From the NCBI GenBank assembly GCA_050951325.1, contig JBMNIW010000005.1:160001-224000 (forward strand): DNA of 64,000 bases, given 5' to 3'. The stretch comes from Clostridia bacterium (GTDB taxonomy: Bacteria; Bacillota; Clostridia; UBA1212; DUPL01). Under the pieces are notes generated by a model that ran no database searches, was not told the origin of the DNA, and saw only the letters and a list, made by a program, of their open reading frames with translations. Positions 9,782 to 19,957 of this stretch are shown here, piece by piece (positions within the stretch are counted from its first letter, which is position 1; every line of letters starts with the position of its first letter). Position numbers and translations under genes: made by a program.

Positions 9782-10171
9782 ATGAATTTTTTTAAAAGGT
9801 TTATGCACGGCAGATATGGAATGGATCAGCTCTCGTTCACACTTTTGATTATTGCATTGATTATATTAATCATTTCAAGACTGCTTCTCCCTATACTTGG
9901 TTATTTCGCCCTTGCCATTGTTGTATACGCATATTACAGGTTTTTTTCAAAGGATATAAAAAAGAGGCAAGGCGAGAATATGAAGTTTTTAAGTGTTGCA
10001 AAGCCTATGCAGATGAAAATAAAAAACAAAAGGCTTTTGATTTTTGGAACCAAGACGCACAAGTATTACAAATGCCCAAAATGCAAACAAATGCTTAGGG
10101 TTCCAAAGAACAAGGGTTTGATACAGATTACATGCAGCAGATGCAAAAAGGAGTTTATTAAGAAAACCTGA
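9782..10171 (+). CDS. membrane protein with C-terminal zinc ribbon
   Basis: GRYGMDQL, two TM helices, CPKC...CSRC. Confidence 0.8.
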   Translation: MNFFKRFMHGRYGMDQLSFTLLIIALIILIISRLLLPILGYFALAIVVYAYYRFFSKDIKKRQGENMKFLSVAKPMQMKIKNKRLLIFGTKTHKYYKCPKCKQMLRVPKNKGLIQITCSRCKKEFIKKT

Positions 10172-10203
10172 TGAAATTTAGCTGTTTTTTAAGACGCTGT
10201 ATA

Positions 10204-10233
10204 TTGACAAAAACAACTTCAACCTGTTATAAT
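10204..10233 (+). promoter_or_regulatory. consensus sigma-A promoter for tRNA-Leu(TAA)
   Basis: TTGACA, 18-bp spacer, TGnTATAAT. Confidence 0.75.
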
Positions 10234-10248
10234 ACATAACGTTGTCAC

Positions 10249-10335
10249 GCTGGTGTGGCGAAATAGGCAGACGCTATGGACTTAAAATCCATTGGTGGCA
10301 ACACCGTACCGGTTCGAGTCCGGTCACCAGTACCA
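10249..10335 (+). tRNA. tRNA-Leu(TAA)
   Basis: GCTGGTG/CACCAGT acceptor stem, ATGGA-CT-TAA-AA-TCCAT, variable arm, CCA. Confidence 0.96.
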
Positions 10336-10399
10336 ATGAGCAGCGGGCTTTGTAACCGTTGCTTTTTTTATATATTCATGAATCGAGGACTTGATGTAG

Positions 10400-11266
10400 A
10401 TGAACAGACAGAAAAGAATTGTAGCAATACACGACATATCCTGTGCAGGACGCTGCTCGCTGACAGTAGCCCTCCCAATTATATCGAGCGTGGGCATAGA
10501 AACGAATATTATACCCACTGCGGTATTGTCAACCCAGACAGGTGATCTTGAAGGGTACACTTTCAAGGATCTTACAGATCAGATTATGCCCATAGCAAAT
10601 CATTGGAAGTCACTGGATAGAACTTTTGAGGCAATATATACTGGATATTTGGGTTCTTTTGAGCAAATTGACCTTGTTAAGCAGATTTTTTTGATGTTTG
10701 GAAATGAAGTTTGTTTGAAATTTGTGGATCCAGTAATGGCGGATCATGGAGTATTATATGACGGCTTTGATTTTGACTTTGTAAAAGGCATGAAGGACTT
10801 ATGCGGACAGGCGGATATTATAACTCCGAATATTACAGAAGCCGTATTCATGCTTGGTGAAGAATATATTGAAGGACCGTACACTGATGAATACATAAAC
10901 AGTCTGTTGCACAAACTCGGCAGCATATGTAAAAAGGTTATTGTAACAGGTATTGATTTTACTGATAACTGTTATGGTGCTGCATCATACAATGTAGAGG
11001 AAGGTGTGTTTCAGTACGCCAAGTCTGAGAAAGTTCATGGCAAGTTTCATGGAACAGGGGATGTTTTTGCATCATGCCTTATTGCCGCATTGCTCAGTGA
11101 TATTCCTATGTACGATTCAATGAAAATGGCTGTCGATTTTACTGTAGAAAGCATAAAGCGCACAAAGGAATCAAAATCCGATGTACGCTTTGGAATTAAT
11201 TTCGAAGCTGGTATTTTTGATTTTGTAAAAAGGATAAGAAACTTTAACCCAGGAAATCCCTTCTAA
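10400..11266 (+). CDS. pdxK: pyridoxal/pyridoxamine kinase
   Basis: IHDISCAGRCSL, PTAVLS, YTGYLG, DPVMAD, TPNITEA, GTGDVFAS. Confidence 0.88.
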   Translation: MNRQKRIVAIHDISCAGRCSLTVALPIISSVGIETNIIPTAVLSTQTGDLEGYTFKDLTDQIMPIANHWKSLDRTFEAIYTGYLGSFEQIDLVKQIFLMFGNEVCLKFVDPVMADHGVLYDGFDFDFVKGMKDLCGQADIITPNITEAVFMLGEEYIEGPYTDEYINSLLHKLGSICKKVIVTGIDFTDNCYGAASYNVEEGVFQYAKSEKVHGKFHGTGDVFASCLIAALLSDIPMYDSMKMAVDFTVESIKRTKESKSDVRFGINFEAGIFDFVKRIRNFNPGNPF

Positions 11267-12506
11267 TACTTGCATATTCCGTTATTGCTATTATTCCTGC
11301 AGTGTTTTCCTCGCTCTTTCCAATGTTTGCAAGATAATTCTCATAGGAATAAAAACTGCTTGGATCATTCTTTATATAATCAGAAATTATGCTGTCAATT
11401 TCATTTACCCTGTTTTCAAAGTCTTGTAAAAAATTCTTGCAAATGTCTACATACTCCAGATACTTGTTGTAATATTCCTCAACACTTAGAATCTTGTATA
11501 CAAGTGGTCTTTCAGTTATATCCGCTCTATATACAGGACTGTCAACAGGAGTTGCAACAGAAACTCCATTATCCTTCTTTTGAGCACCGAAGGATAGATT
11601 GAAATCCCATGGCACCATGTATAATTTGTTGTTTACGTTATACAAATAATAGTTGGTGGCGGATGCACCTATATAGCTGTCATAGTTGCCCATTACAGTG
11701 TTTACAGCAATGTATTTGAGGACGCTGTCAACATGCATAATATTTTCAATGTCGCCTTTTTCTCCCAATGGCATGCTGTTGAGAGTATCTATCAAAAGTT
11801 GCAAATCTTCCTTGGTTTCATCACTGCCATTCTTTTGCTCCATAAGTGAAAGCGAGTTATGGTCAACCAATGTTGCCTGTTCATTTGACTTGTACAGATT
11901 ACCTTTGTTGTTGCCAAAGTTTCTTTTGAGGAAACTGTCGTCCACAGACTCAATTGCAACATAAAAGCCAACAAGATTATCGTTTATGGTAACTGTGGCG
12001 TAGGTAGCAAGGGGTGCTACCAGCTCTACCTTTTCAAAAGCCTCGCATAGTAAAAATTCCCTCATATAGGATGGGTCTCTAGACACATTTGACAGAACCA
12101 GTTCATCAAGACCATCTATGGTTTGACCTTTCACAAACTTGTCGAACTTCAGCCTGTAGCTGTATCTGTATGCGGACTCGTCACCACCGTCAAGATCCGT
12201 ATTACCCATGATCCTGATTCCGGTATTCTTGATTTCCTGATCATTGACTTTAACAGTCGCAGAGTAGTACTCATAACCATCGGGATAAGCATACATTTCC
12301 TCCAGGTATGCTGGATCTATAGTTATTGAAATCTCAAGAATATCGTTGTCCTTGAAGATATGTTTATAATCGTCTTTATTGCCTATATTGAGCCCGCTTT
12401 GTATGGTTGCGGATGGTTTTAAATCTCCGCCTCCATCGATGCCGCAGGCAGTAAGGGTTAGTACAATCAGGACAATCAACATTAATTGTATGTATTTTTT
12501 TAGCAT
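11244..12506 (-). CDS. CotH kinase family lipoprotein
   Basis: lipobox LTAC; DPSYMRE, GNYDSY, NYYLY, PWDFNLSFG. Confidence 0.85.
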   Translation of the reverse strand: MLKKYIQLMLIVLIVLTLTACGIDGGGDLKPSATIQSGLNIGNKDDYKHIFKDNDILEISITIDPAYLEEMYAYPDGYEYYSATVKVNDQEIKNTGIRIMGNTDLDGGDESAYRYSYRLKFDKFVKGQTIDGLDELVLSNVSRDPSYMREFLLCEAFEKVELVAPLATYATVTINDNLVGFYVAIESVDDSFLKRNFGNNKGNLYKSNEQATLVDHNSLSLMEQKNGSDETKEDLQLLIDTLNSMPLGEKGDIENIMHVDSVLKYIAVNTVMGNYDSYIGASATNYYLYNVNNKLYMVPWDFNLSFGAQKKDNGVSVATPVDSPVYRADITERPLVYKILSVEEYYNKYLEYVDICKNFLQDFENRVNEIDSIISDYIKNDPSSFYSYENYLANIGKSEENTAGIIAITEYASIRRDFLG

Positions 12507-12632
12507 TCCATTTCCTCCAGTTTCGTAGGACTTTATTAATGTTATTCTAATTCATCAATAGTTCATTGTCAACATATATTGACTTTTGGGCTATAAATAA
12601 TATAATTAGGTAAACACCTATAGGAGGCAGAA

Positions 12633-13631
12633 ATGAACAAGTACAAGGATTGTTACAAACTCAAAGGTTTTGTTGACATACACATACACGGTGCGGTAGG
12701 ACAGGATGTGGTAACATCCGGGCCAAATGGTTTGCAAAAAATGGCCGAAAGTCTTGCCAGACATGGTGTTGTTGGGTTTTTGCCAACGATACCAGCCAGT
12801 TCTGTTGAAGAAACCATATTTTCTCTTGAGTCCATGAAAAAAGTAATGGAAGAAAAAAGTTTTAATGGAGCGAAAATTATTGGAGCTCACCTGGAAGGTC
12901 CCTTTATGAAAGAGGCGTACAAGGGAGCCCTTGATTATACAAAATTTGCATCTGCCAGTGTGGAGTACTGGGAGAAACTAGTAGGCGAGTACGAGAATAT
13001 CGTCAGAAGGGTAACGGTTGACCCATTGCAGGATGGAGTTCTGGATTTTATTCCGTATCTGGTGTCAAAAAGCATATCCGTTACGATAGGGCACACAGCA
13101 GCGGACGCAGAGACAGTAAACAAGGCTATTGAACTTGGAGCCGATAGTATTACCCATATTTTTAACGCAATGCCACCAATGCACCACAGAAATCCTGGAC
13201 CCGTGGGAGCTGCTCTTTCGAACAGGAAATGCAAATGCGAACTTATACTTGATTTTCTTCATGTATCGCCAATAGCAGCAAAGGTAGTTATTGAAGCAAA
13301 AGGACCTGAAAATGTGGCTATTGTTACTGATTCATGTGAGGCGGCAGGCATGCCAGATGGAGACTACGAACTGGGTGGCAGACTGGTTCATGTAAGGAAT
13401 GGAGAAGCAAGACTTCCCGAAGGCAATCTTGCCTCAAGTACTGTATTCATGGATCAGGAACTTAGAAATGTTATTGAACTTGGGTACAGTATTGAAAATG
13501 CTGAAACCATGCTTGCAAAAACACCTGCTTCACTTGTATCTTATGAGCATGATGAAGATTATGTAATAGTAGACAAGGATTTGAATGTAGTTGAAGTAAT
13601 TATAAGTGGGAAGACGGTTTATAGAGTATAG
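12633..13631 (+). CDS. nagA: N-acetylglucosamine-6-phosphate deacetylase
   Basis: DIHIHG, HLEGPF, GHT, THIFNAM, VTDS. Confidence 0.9.
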   Translation: MNKYKDCYKLKGFVDIHIHGAVGQDVVTSGPNGLQKMAESLARHGVVGFLPTIPASSVEETIFSLESMKKVMEEKSFNGAKIIGAHLEGPFMKEAYKGALDYTKFASASVEYWEKLVGEYENIVRRVTVDPLQDGVLDFIPYLVSKSISVTIGHTAADAETVNKAIELGADSITHIFNAMPPMHHRNPGPVGAALSNRKCKCELILDFLHVSPIAAKVVIEAKGPENVAIVTDSCEAAGMPDGDYELGGRLVHVRNGEARLPEGNLASSTVFMDQELRNVIELGYSIENAETMLAKTPASLVSYEHDEDYVIVDKDLNVVEVIISGKTVYRV

Positions 13632-14855
13632 ATGGGCAAAAAGAGAATTGCATTAATTACTGTTGCAATCTCGTTCAGTTATGCAGCGGGTTATGTAGCC
13701 AAGACTGTTTTGAGCGGGATAATGCCTTTAATTGTTGAAGTTGGTGTTTTTACTAAGAAAGATCTGGGTGCCATGGGTTCAGCATTCATGCTGGCCTATG
13801 GATTTGGACAGCTTGTTAATGGAATAATTGGCGATATACTTAATCCAAAGAGGTTGATAATGGCAGGTTTGATTGGGGGAGGACTTGTTACTTTCTTCTT
13901 CCCATATGTCCAATATGCCTCTTTGGCTATTTTTCTTTGGGGATTGTGCGGGTTTTTCTGTTCAACCTTGTGGGGTCCTTTGTCAAAGATTGTTGCAGAA
14001 AACATGGAAACAAGGATTGCAAGAATACTGATGCTTTTCCTGACAGCTGCAAGTATTACTGGTTCTATGCTTGCATACGTAGTATGTGCAGTAGTAAGCA
14101 ACTGGGAAACTGCTTTCTTTGTATCCGGCATTTATATGATTGCAACTTCTGTTCTATGGTATTTGATTATAACTTTATTGGAAAAGAGGAAACAGATATC
14201 ATATAAAACAAAAAGGGATAAGTTATTGGAAGGGCAAAAGGGTCTTGGTATAAACGCAAGGTATCTTGTCAATCATGCAATCATACCAGTAACTATTGCC
14301 ATTATGCTGAACAGCATAATCAGGAACGCTGCTTCCTTCTGGATTCCTACATACATCAAAGAAGCGTTCGAGGTAAAGGCTTCTTTTTCGTCGGCGATAA
14401 TAATTGTTTTGCCAATCGTAAATCTTGTTGGCACCATCATAAGCTACAAAATGCTGCCGCTTTTCAAAGACAATGAGCACACATTGAGTGCATGCCTTTT
14501 CGGTTTTTCCAGTATCATGTTTATTCTGATACTTCTATTAGGCAATGTTATGTCCATAGCAATAACTGCCATGTTTCTTGCAAGTGCAGCAATGAGCGGA
14601 GTGTGTAATCTCTTGTTTTCCGTATATGTGCTCAGGTTCTCAAAAACAGGGAGGACCTCAGGCATTGCAGGCTCATTGGATTTTGCCGCATACATGATGG
14701 CCTCCCTTGCAAATACCTTGATTGGTTTTTGGGTTGAAAAGTTTGGCTGGTCATTTGTTATACTAACCTGGTGTATAGCAACAGTTGCAGGCATTGCTGC
14801 TAGCGTTGTCTCACACAGGCTTGTTGCCAACAAAGACTTTAATATTCATCAATGA
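13632..14855 (+). CDS. MFS transporter (OPA/GlpT-like)
   Basis: ~12 TM helices, YGFGQLVNGIIGD motif A region; directly follows nagA. Confidence 0.85.
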   Translation: MGKKRIALITVAISFSYAAGYVAKTVLSGIMPLIVEVGVFTKKDLGAMGSAFMLAYGFGQLVNGIIGDILNPKRLIMAGLIGGGLVTFFFPYVQYASLAIFLWGLCGFFCSTLWGPLSKIVAENMETRIARILMLFLTAASITGSMLAYVVCAVVSNWETAFFVSGIYMIATSVLWYLIITLLEKRKQISYKTKRDKLLEGQKGLGINARYLVNHAIIPVTIAIMLNSIIRNAASFWIPTYIKEAFEVKASFSSAIIIVLPIVNLVGTIISYKMLPLFKDNEHTLSACLFGFSSIMFILILLLGNVMSIAITAMFLASAAMSGVCNLLFSVYVLRFSKTGRTSGIAGSLDFAAYMMASLANTLIGFWVEKFGWSFVILTWCIATVAGIAASVVSHRLVANKDFNIHQ

Positions 14856-15966
14856 TAAAACACTTTTCTTTTGGAAGAAGGTTATTCAGCCTGTCAAAAA
14901 TAGCCTTGTCATGTACTACTACATTGTTTTCTTCAAGTTGCTCGTCAAGAGTTTTGTAGCCGCATAGAACCTGGGCAAGACGTCCAGCCTCGATGGTGAT
15001 ATGTGGCTTTTCGTTAACAACCCTTCCATCCAGCTTGTATACACCGTTGTTTGTATCAACAATCCTGTCGACAACCTCTATGCATGAATCCTCATAATCT
15101 TTTGGTATGAAGGGAAATAAAGCTTTAAGGAATGCACTCATGTTGGCTACTCCCACAACACCTTGAAGTCTTGTCTTTGAGGTAGCTCCCTCGATATTGA
15201 CGACACTGTCTGTAGGTAGTTTTGCACGAACTTCCTTGCCCAATGTTGCCACTTTTTTCAGCATCTCTGTCAGGGACTCTGAACTGTCGTATGCAATTTC
15301 CTCTACGTAAATGTATTCGGGTAGTATATAGAATACACCGTAAGCTTTTACATTGCTACCTTTGTATAATATGGATACTTTAGAATCGTCTGCAGAGTAG
15401 TCGGCCATTTTGAGGGTGAAATCCGACATTGAACGGGCGACAATGCCTGAGTAGGGAAGCGACCATTTTGTGTAGCATGCAAACATATTCCCATATTCGC
15501 TTTTTATGTCCTTCAATGGAAATATTTTTGCTTCACTATCGTAATCCATTGCTTTGATGGTTACGATTTTCGTTTCCGTTACAGGATAGTGACCTTTCGA
15601 AAAAAAGGTTGGTGTATTTGCAGGTGTATGGGGAACAAGTGGAATACCAGCATCTCTGATTTGCTCCATATGGGCTTTGAACACCTTGCTCATAAATCCT
15701 TTTCCGCGATGTTTTTCGTATGTTGAGACTCCAGCAAGAATAGAGGCTTGCACAATTCTTCCTCTGATTCTCAAGTTAAAAGGATACCCCTGCATTGCAC
15801 TTGCTATTTCACCGTCTGCTTCAAGACATGTTGCAAATGCCCTGTTGTATCTGTTTTCATAAAACCATTCTACAAAGTTTGTGCTGTCATCTACAAATAC
15901 TTCGCTCCAAAGTTTCTTAATACCTTCTTTGTCTTGTTTATTAGCCATTCTTACATTTGTTGTCAT
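14839..15966 (-). CDS. Eis-like GNAT acetyltransferase
   Basis: GVSTYEKHRGKGFM acetyl-CoA motif; C-terminal SCP2-like region ending IIDEY. Confidence 0.85.
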   Translation of the reverse strand: MTTNVRMANKQDKEGIKKLWSEVFVDDSTNFVEWFYENRYNRAFATCLEADGEIASAMQGYPFNLRIRGRIVQASILAGVSTYEKHRGKGFMSKVFKAHMEQIRDAGIPLVPHTPANTPTFFSKGHYPVTETKIVTIKAMDYDSEAKIFPLKDIKSEYGNMFACYTKWSLPYSGIVARSMSDFTLKMADYSADDSKVSILYKGSNVKAYGVFYILPEYIYVEEIAYDSSESLTEMLKKVATLGKEVRAKLPTDSVVNIEGATSKTRLQGVVGVANMSAFLKALFPFIPKDYEDSCIEVVDRIVDTNNGVYKLDGRVVNEKPHITIEAGRLAQVLCGYKTLDEQLEENNVVVHDKAIFDRLNNLLPKEKCFIIDEY

Positions 15967-16107
15967 AAGTTATCTCCTCCAACCGTATTATATACTAAAA
16001 CATGTTTTCAAACAAATTCCATTAAAATGTTGTAAAACTATATTGAAAAAAATGTATAGAATGATATAATCTATTGTGACAAAACTAATAAATAATAAAT
16101 AAGGAGA

Positions 16108-17859
16108 ATGAAAGTGAACTTTATTGATCAACAGAAGGATTTTTACAGACCATGGGTCAAGTTCTACGGTAAAGATACACCGCCAAATCTGGAATACAGC
16201 GATAAAACAATGTTTGGAGTATTCTATGATACTGCAACGCAATATTCTGATTACAATGCTATAGACTATATGGAGAAAAAGATTACATATGGGGAATTGT
16301 TGGAAGAGGTTAAAAGATGCGCAGCCTCTTTGGCAAAGCTAGGCATAAAAAAAGGCGATAGAATAACTTTGTGTTTGCCCAATATACCACAAGCTGTCAT
16401 CTCCTTTTATGCAACATTGGCATTAGGTGCCGTGGCAAACATGATTCATCCATTATCTGCCAGCAATGAAATAGAGTATTTTATCAATGTAAGCAAGAGT
16501 AAAATGCTGTTTATTCTCGATGCCTTCTACGAAAAGACAAAAGACTTAAACTGTGAAACATTGCAGAAGGTTGTCACAGCCAGTGCAGCCGATTATCTAT
16601 CAGCAGTCAAAAAGGTAGGGTTTGCTCTGACACAGGGAAGAAAAATACCCAAGGTTGGAGCTAGTGAAAAGACCATGACCTGGGTTGGTCTTATGAAGTT
16701 GTCAGAAGGCGTTGAAACGCCAAAAATTGATGAGCATCCGGACAATAAATATAGTGATACGGCAGTAATACTCTACAGCGGAGGAACGACTGGTACACAA
16801 AAAGGAATAATGCTGTCACATTTGAATTTCAACGCTCTTGCGGCTCAGACCGTTGCTCACGGCGGACCCAGCTTCAAACCCGGAGACTCCATGCTGGCTG
16901 TATTGCCAATGTTCCATGGATTTGGTTTAGGTGTTTGCATTCACACCAGTGTTTACAAAGGCGCTACAATGATTCTGGTGCCAAGGTTCAATGCAGATTC
17001 ATTTGCAGAACTGATTGTTAAGAAAAAACCAACTTTTATGGCTGGTGTACCAACTCTTTACGAAGCCTTGCTCAGAAAAGACAGGTTGGCAAAAGCTGAC
17101 TTCTCAGAAACAAAGGGCATATTCTCAGGTGGTGACAAACTGCCCCACGACCTGAAGGTAAGGTTTGACGAGTTCCTGAAGGAAAAGAATGCAAAGGTAA
17201 CACTAAGAGAAGGTTATGGACTTACTGAATGTGTAACTGCTAGTGCCCTAAATCCAGAAGGAGCAGCATATAGGAAAGGAAGCATAGGCATTCCATATCC
17301 CGATACTTTGTACAAGATTGTTGAACCAGGTACAACTAATGATGTTCCTTACGGAACAGACGGTGAAATCTGCATACATGGACCAAGTGTAATGCAAGGA
17401 TATCTGGATGATCCTGAAGAAACTGCAACTGTTCTTAAGAAGCATCCCGATGGACGCATTTGGCTCCATACAGGTGACCTGGGATACATAGACGAAGATG
17501 GTTTTGTCTATTTCAAACTTAGAATAAAGAGGATGATTAAGACATCCGGATACTCGGTTTACCCAACCCAGATTGAAGAGATTCTGAATGCACATGAGGC
17601 GGTATCCATGTCCTGTGTGATTGGTGTTCCTGATGATTTGAAAATACAGACTATAAAGGCATTTATTGTGCTTAAGGAAGGATACGCACCAAGCGAGGAA
17701 ATGGAAAAGGAAATTATGAGGTATTGTGAGGAGAATATCGCAAAATACCAGATTCCTAGGATTATCGAGTTCAGGGATGATTTGCCGACAACCAAAGTAG
17801 GCAAGATTGCCTACAGGGTTCTTGAAGAAGAGCATTTAAACCTGGCGGCTAGTTCATAA
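16108..17859 (+). CDS. long-chain fatty acid--CoA ligase (AMP-binding)
   Basis: YSGGTTGTQKG, EGYGLTE, HTGDLG, LPTTKVGKI. Confidence 0.92.
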   Translation: MKVNFIDQQKDFYRPWVKFYGKDTPPNLEYSDKTMFGVFYDTATQYSDYNAIDYMEKKITYGELLEEVKRCAASLAKLGIKKGDRITLCLPNIPQAVISFYATLALGAVANMIHPLSASNEIEYFINVSKSKMLFILDAFYEKTKDLNCETLQKVVTASAADYLSAVKKVGFALTQGRKIPKVGASEKTMTWVGLMKLSEGVETPKIDEHPDNKYSDTAVILYSGGTTGTQKGIMLSHLNFNALAAQTVAHGGPSFKPGDSMLAVLPMFHGFGLGVCIHTSVYKGATMILVPRFNADSFAELIVKKKPTFMAGVPTLYEALLRKDRLAKADFSETKGIFSGGDKLPHDLKVRFDEFLKEKNAKVTLREGYGLTECVTASALNPEGAAYRKGSIGIPYPDTLYKIVEPGTTNDVPYGTDGEICIHGPSVMQGYLDDPEETATVLKKHPDGRIWLHTGDLGYIDEDGFVYFKLRIKRMIKTSGYSVYPTQIEEILNAHEAVSMSCVIGVPDDLKIQTIKAFIVLKEGYAPSEEMEKEIMRYCEENIAKYQIPRIIEFRDDLPTTKVGKIAYRVLEEEHLNLAASS

Positions 17860-18682
17860 GACCGTGAACTACTCTGTCTATATTGTTTAGATCTTTTACT
17901 GTGAAGATGTCTGAATAGGAGTGTATCTCCATTTCATTAGCTATATATTGTGCCTGATTTATTCCGGCTTCCAGGAGTAGGGAGCCGGATAAGTATTTTT
18001 TTGCCTGTGATATGATTTTCTTATATGCATCAAGACCATCAAGCCCACCATCAAGGGCAATTTCAGGTTCAAAGTCCTTTACCTGAGGTTCCAGCGTCCT
18101 AATTTCTTCTTTTGCAATATATGGCGGGTTGGAAAGAATATAATCGAATTTGATATCCGGCAAGCTGGAAAAGTAATCGCTTTGAATAAAAGTTATGTTT
18201 TCAACATTGTTCAATTTTGCATTTCTTTCAGCAACATGGAGTGCCTTTTCTGATATGTCTGTCGCATAAATATTCAGTTTCTTTTCTTTTTTAAAATCAT
18301 ATGCAAGACTTATAGCAATACAGCCGCTCCCAGTACACATATCAAGTATATTCAGTTTTTCTTTTTTACTATTTCGAACAAGCTCTCTTGCATGAATAAC
18401 AAGCGTTTCAGTGTCCTGACGGGGGATAAGCACATTGTTATCAACATAAAGTTTTACATTCATGAAGTATACATATCCTAGAATATACTGCAAAGGCTCA
18501 TTGTTTTTTCTTCTCCTTAACAGTTCTTCAAACTCATTAAGCATATTCAGGTCCACAACATGATCTGGATTTGCCAATAAAAAAACTTTTGACACATTTA
18601 AAACATGTGCCAAAAGTAAATCTGCTTCATATTGGTTTTTCAAAATATTAAATGCAAGCCTTCTTGCCTTATAAATTGTCAT
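17849..18682 (-). CDS. prmC: release factor glutamine methyltransferase
   Basis: PLQYI, LIPRQDTE, DMCTGSG, NPPY. Confidence 0.93.
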   Translation of the reverse strand: MTIYKARRLAFNILKNQYEADLLLAHVLNVSKVFLLANPDHVVDLNMLNEFEELLRRRKNNEPLQYILGYVYFMNVKLYVDNNVLIPRQDTETLVIHARELVRNSKKEKLNILDMCTGSGCIAISLAYDFKKEKKLNIYATDISEKALHVAERNAKLNNVENITFIQSDYFSSLPDIKFDYILSNPPYIAKEEIRTLEPQVKDFEPEIALDGGLDGLDAYKKIISQAKKYLSGSLLLEAGINQAQYIANEMEIHSYSDIFTVKDLNNIDRVVHGLMN

Positions 18683-19692
18683 AGGACTAATTCCTCTCTT
18701 GGTGCCTGTTCAATTGTTTCTGGCTGACTTACATCGGGATTTCTCACTTCTTCGTCAATTTCAAGGGCTTTTATAAGAGCTATAATCGCAATCTCAATCA
18801 TGTCGTCAGTGGGTTCCTTGGTAGTGAAGTATTGCATTGCAAGGCCTGGAGCTCTAAGTACTCTTGCTACAATTCCATTGCTTCTTCCTGCAAAGCGGTT
18901 GAATTCATACGCAATACCTGCAACCAAAGGAAGGAAAAGTATTCTCATTAGCAGGTTAAGTATAAATAAATCAAATCTTGGAAGCAGTGAATACACAAGT
19001 ATGCTAATAATCATGACAACAAACAGGAAGGCGGTTCCGCATCTTGGATGCAGAGTAGTGTATTTCCTGACATTCTCTATTGTCAAAGGATCATTATGTT
19101 CGTAGCAGTGTATTGTTTTATGTTCTGCTCCATGGTACATGAAAACTCTTTTTATGTCATTCATTTTGGAAACCGCAATCAGATATCCCAGGAATATTGC
19201 TATTCTGATGACACCTTCAATAAGATTGTAAAGAATTCTGCTTTTTCCCTTTCCGATAATAAGGCCTGCAATAAGGTTTGGAAGCAAGAAAAACAATGTA
19301 ATCGTAAGGGCAAGAGAAAGAACCAGCGCAATGGCCATTATTACCTCTGTTGATTTGTCGCCAAGTTTTTTCTCAAGCCACAAGTCAAATTTTGACTTTT
19401 TTTCATTTTCATCTTCCAAACCTGCAATTTCAGCAGATTTGAACAAAGACTTCATTCCAATTCTTAGAGAGTCAATAAGTCTGTAGGAGCCGCGAATGAC
19501 AGGCAGTGTGAAAAACTTGTTTACATCAGTTGCTGGTAGTTTTTCAACTTCAGTAACAAGTTCTCCCTCCGGATTCCTTATAACTTGAGCATATCCATGT
19601 TCGCCGCGCATCATAATGCCTTCCATCAGCGCCTGTCCGCCGACCATGCATATCCTCATATTCTTATCATTATCTTTATCATTACTCATCAT
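18679..19692 (-). CDS. DUF1385 membrane protein
   Basis: GGQALMEGIMM, YHGAEHK, HPRCGT; usual prmC neighbour. Confidence 0.9.
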   Translation of the reverse strand: MMSNDKDNDKNMRICMVGGQALMEGIMMRGEHGYAQVIRNPEGELVTEVEKLPATDVNKFFTLPVIRGSYRLIDSLRIGMKSLFKSAEIAGLEDENEKKSKFDLWLEKKLGDKSTEVIMAIALVLSLALTITLFFLLPNLIAGLIIGKGKSRILYNLIEGVIRIAIFLGYLIAVSKMNDIKRVFMYHGAEHKTIHCYEHNDPLTIENVRKYTTLHPRCGTAFLFVVMIISILVYSLLPRFDLFILNLLMRILFLPLVAGIAYEFNRFAGRSNGIVARVLRAPGLAMQYFTTKEPTDDMIEIAIIALIKALEIDEEVRNPDVSQPETIEQAPREELVL

Positions 19693-19705
19693 AAATTTTC
19701 TCCAT

Positions 19706-19909
19706 TCATTCATTCTTGGTCTGGTCATCACGAGGGATGATCTTCATTATTCTTTTCGCAGCCTTGTGTCTGCTTATCATAATCTGGTGGTTGCATTTCA
19801 CGCATTTAAGCCTGAAGTCCGCACCAGTCCTTAATACTTCCCATTCAGCCCCACCGCAGGGATGCGGTTTCTTAAAAACGATAATATCACCCAAATTAAT
19901 TTTCAACAC
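19706..19909 (-). CDS. DUF951 family protein
   Basis: KKPHPCG, RTGADFRLKC..C; GGAGG RBS before a GTG start. Confidence 0.88.
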   Translation of the reverse strand: MLKINLGDIIVFKKPHPCGGAEWEVLRTGADFRLKCVKCNHQIMISRHKAAKRIMKIIPRDDQTKNE

Positions 19910-19957
19910 ATAACCTCCAACAGTCATATTATCATCCTAATTGTACAATTAACAGTC

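Noticed and set aside
9543-10566. ORFs 9543-9764, 10276-10545 and 10324-10566 (likewise 25934-26128, 28032-28358)
   Set aside because: They overlap tRNAs, repeats or real genes and are shadow ORFs.
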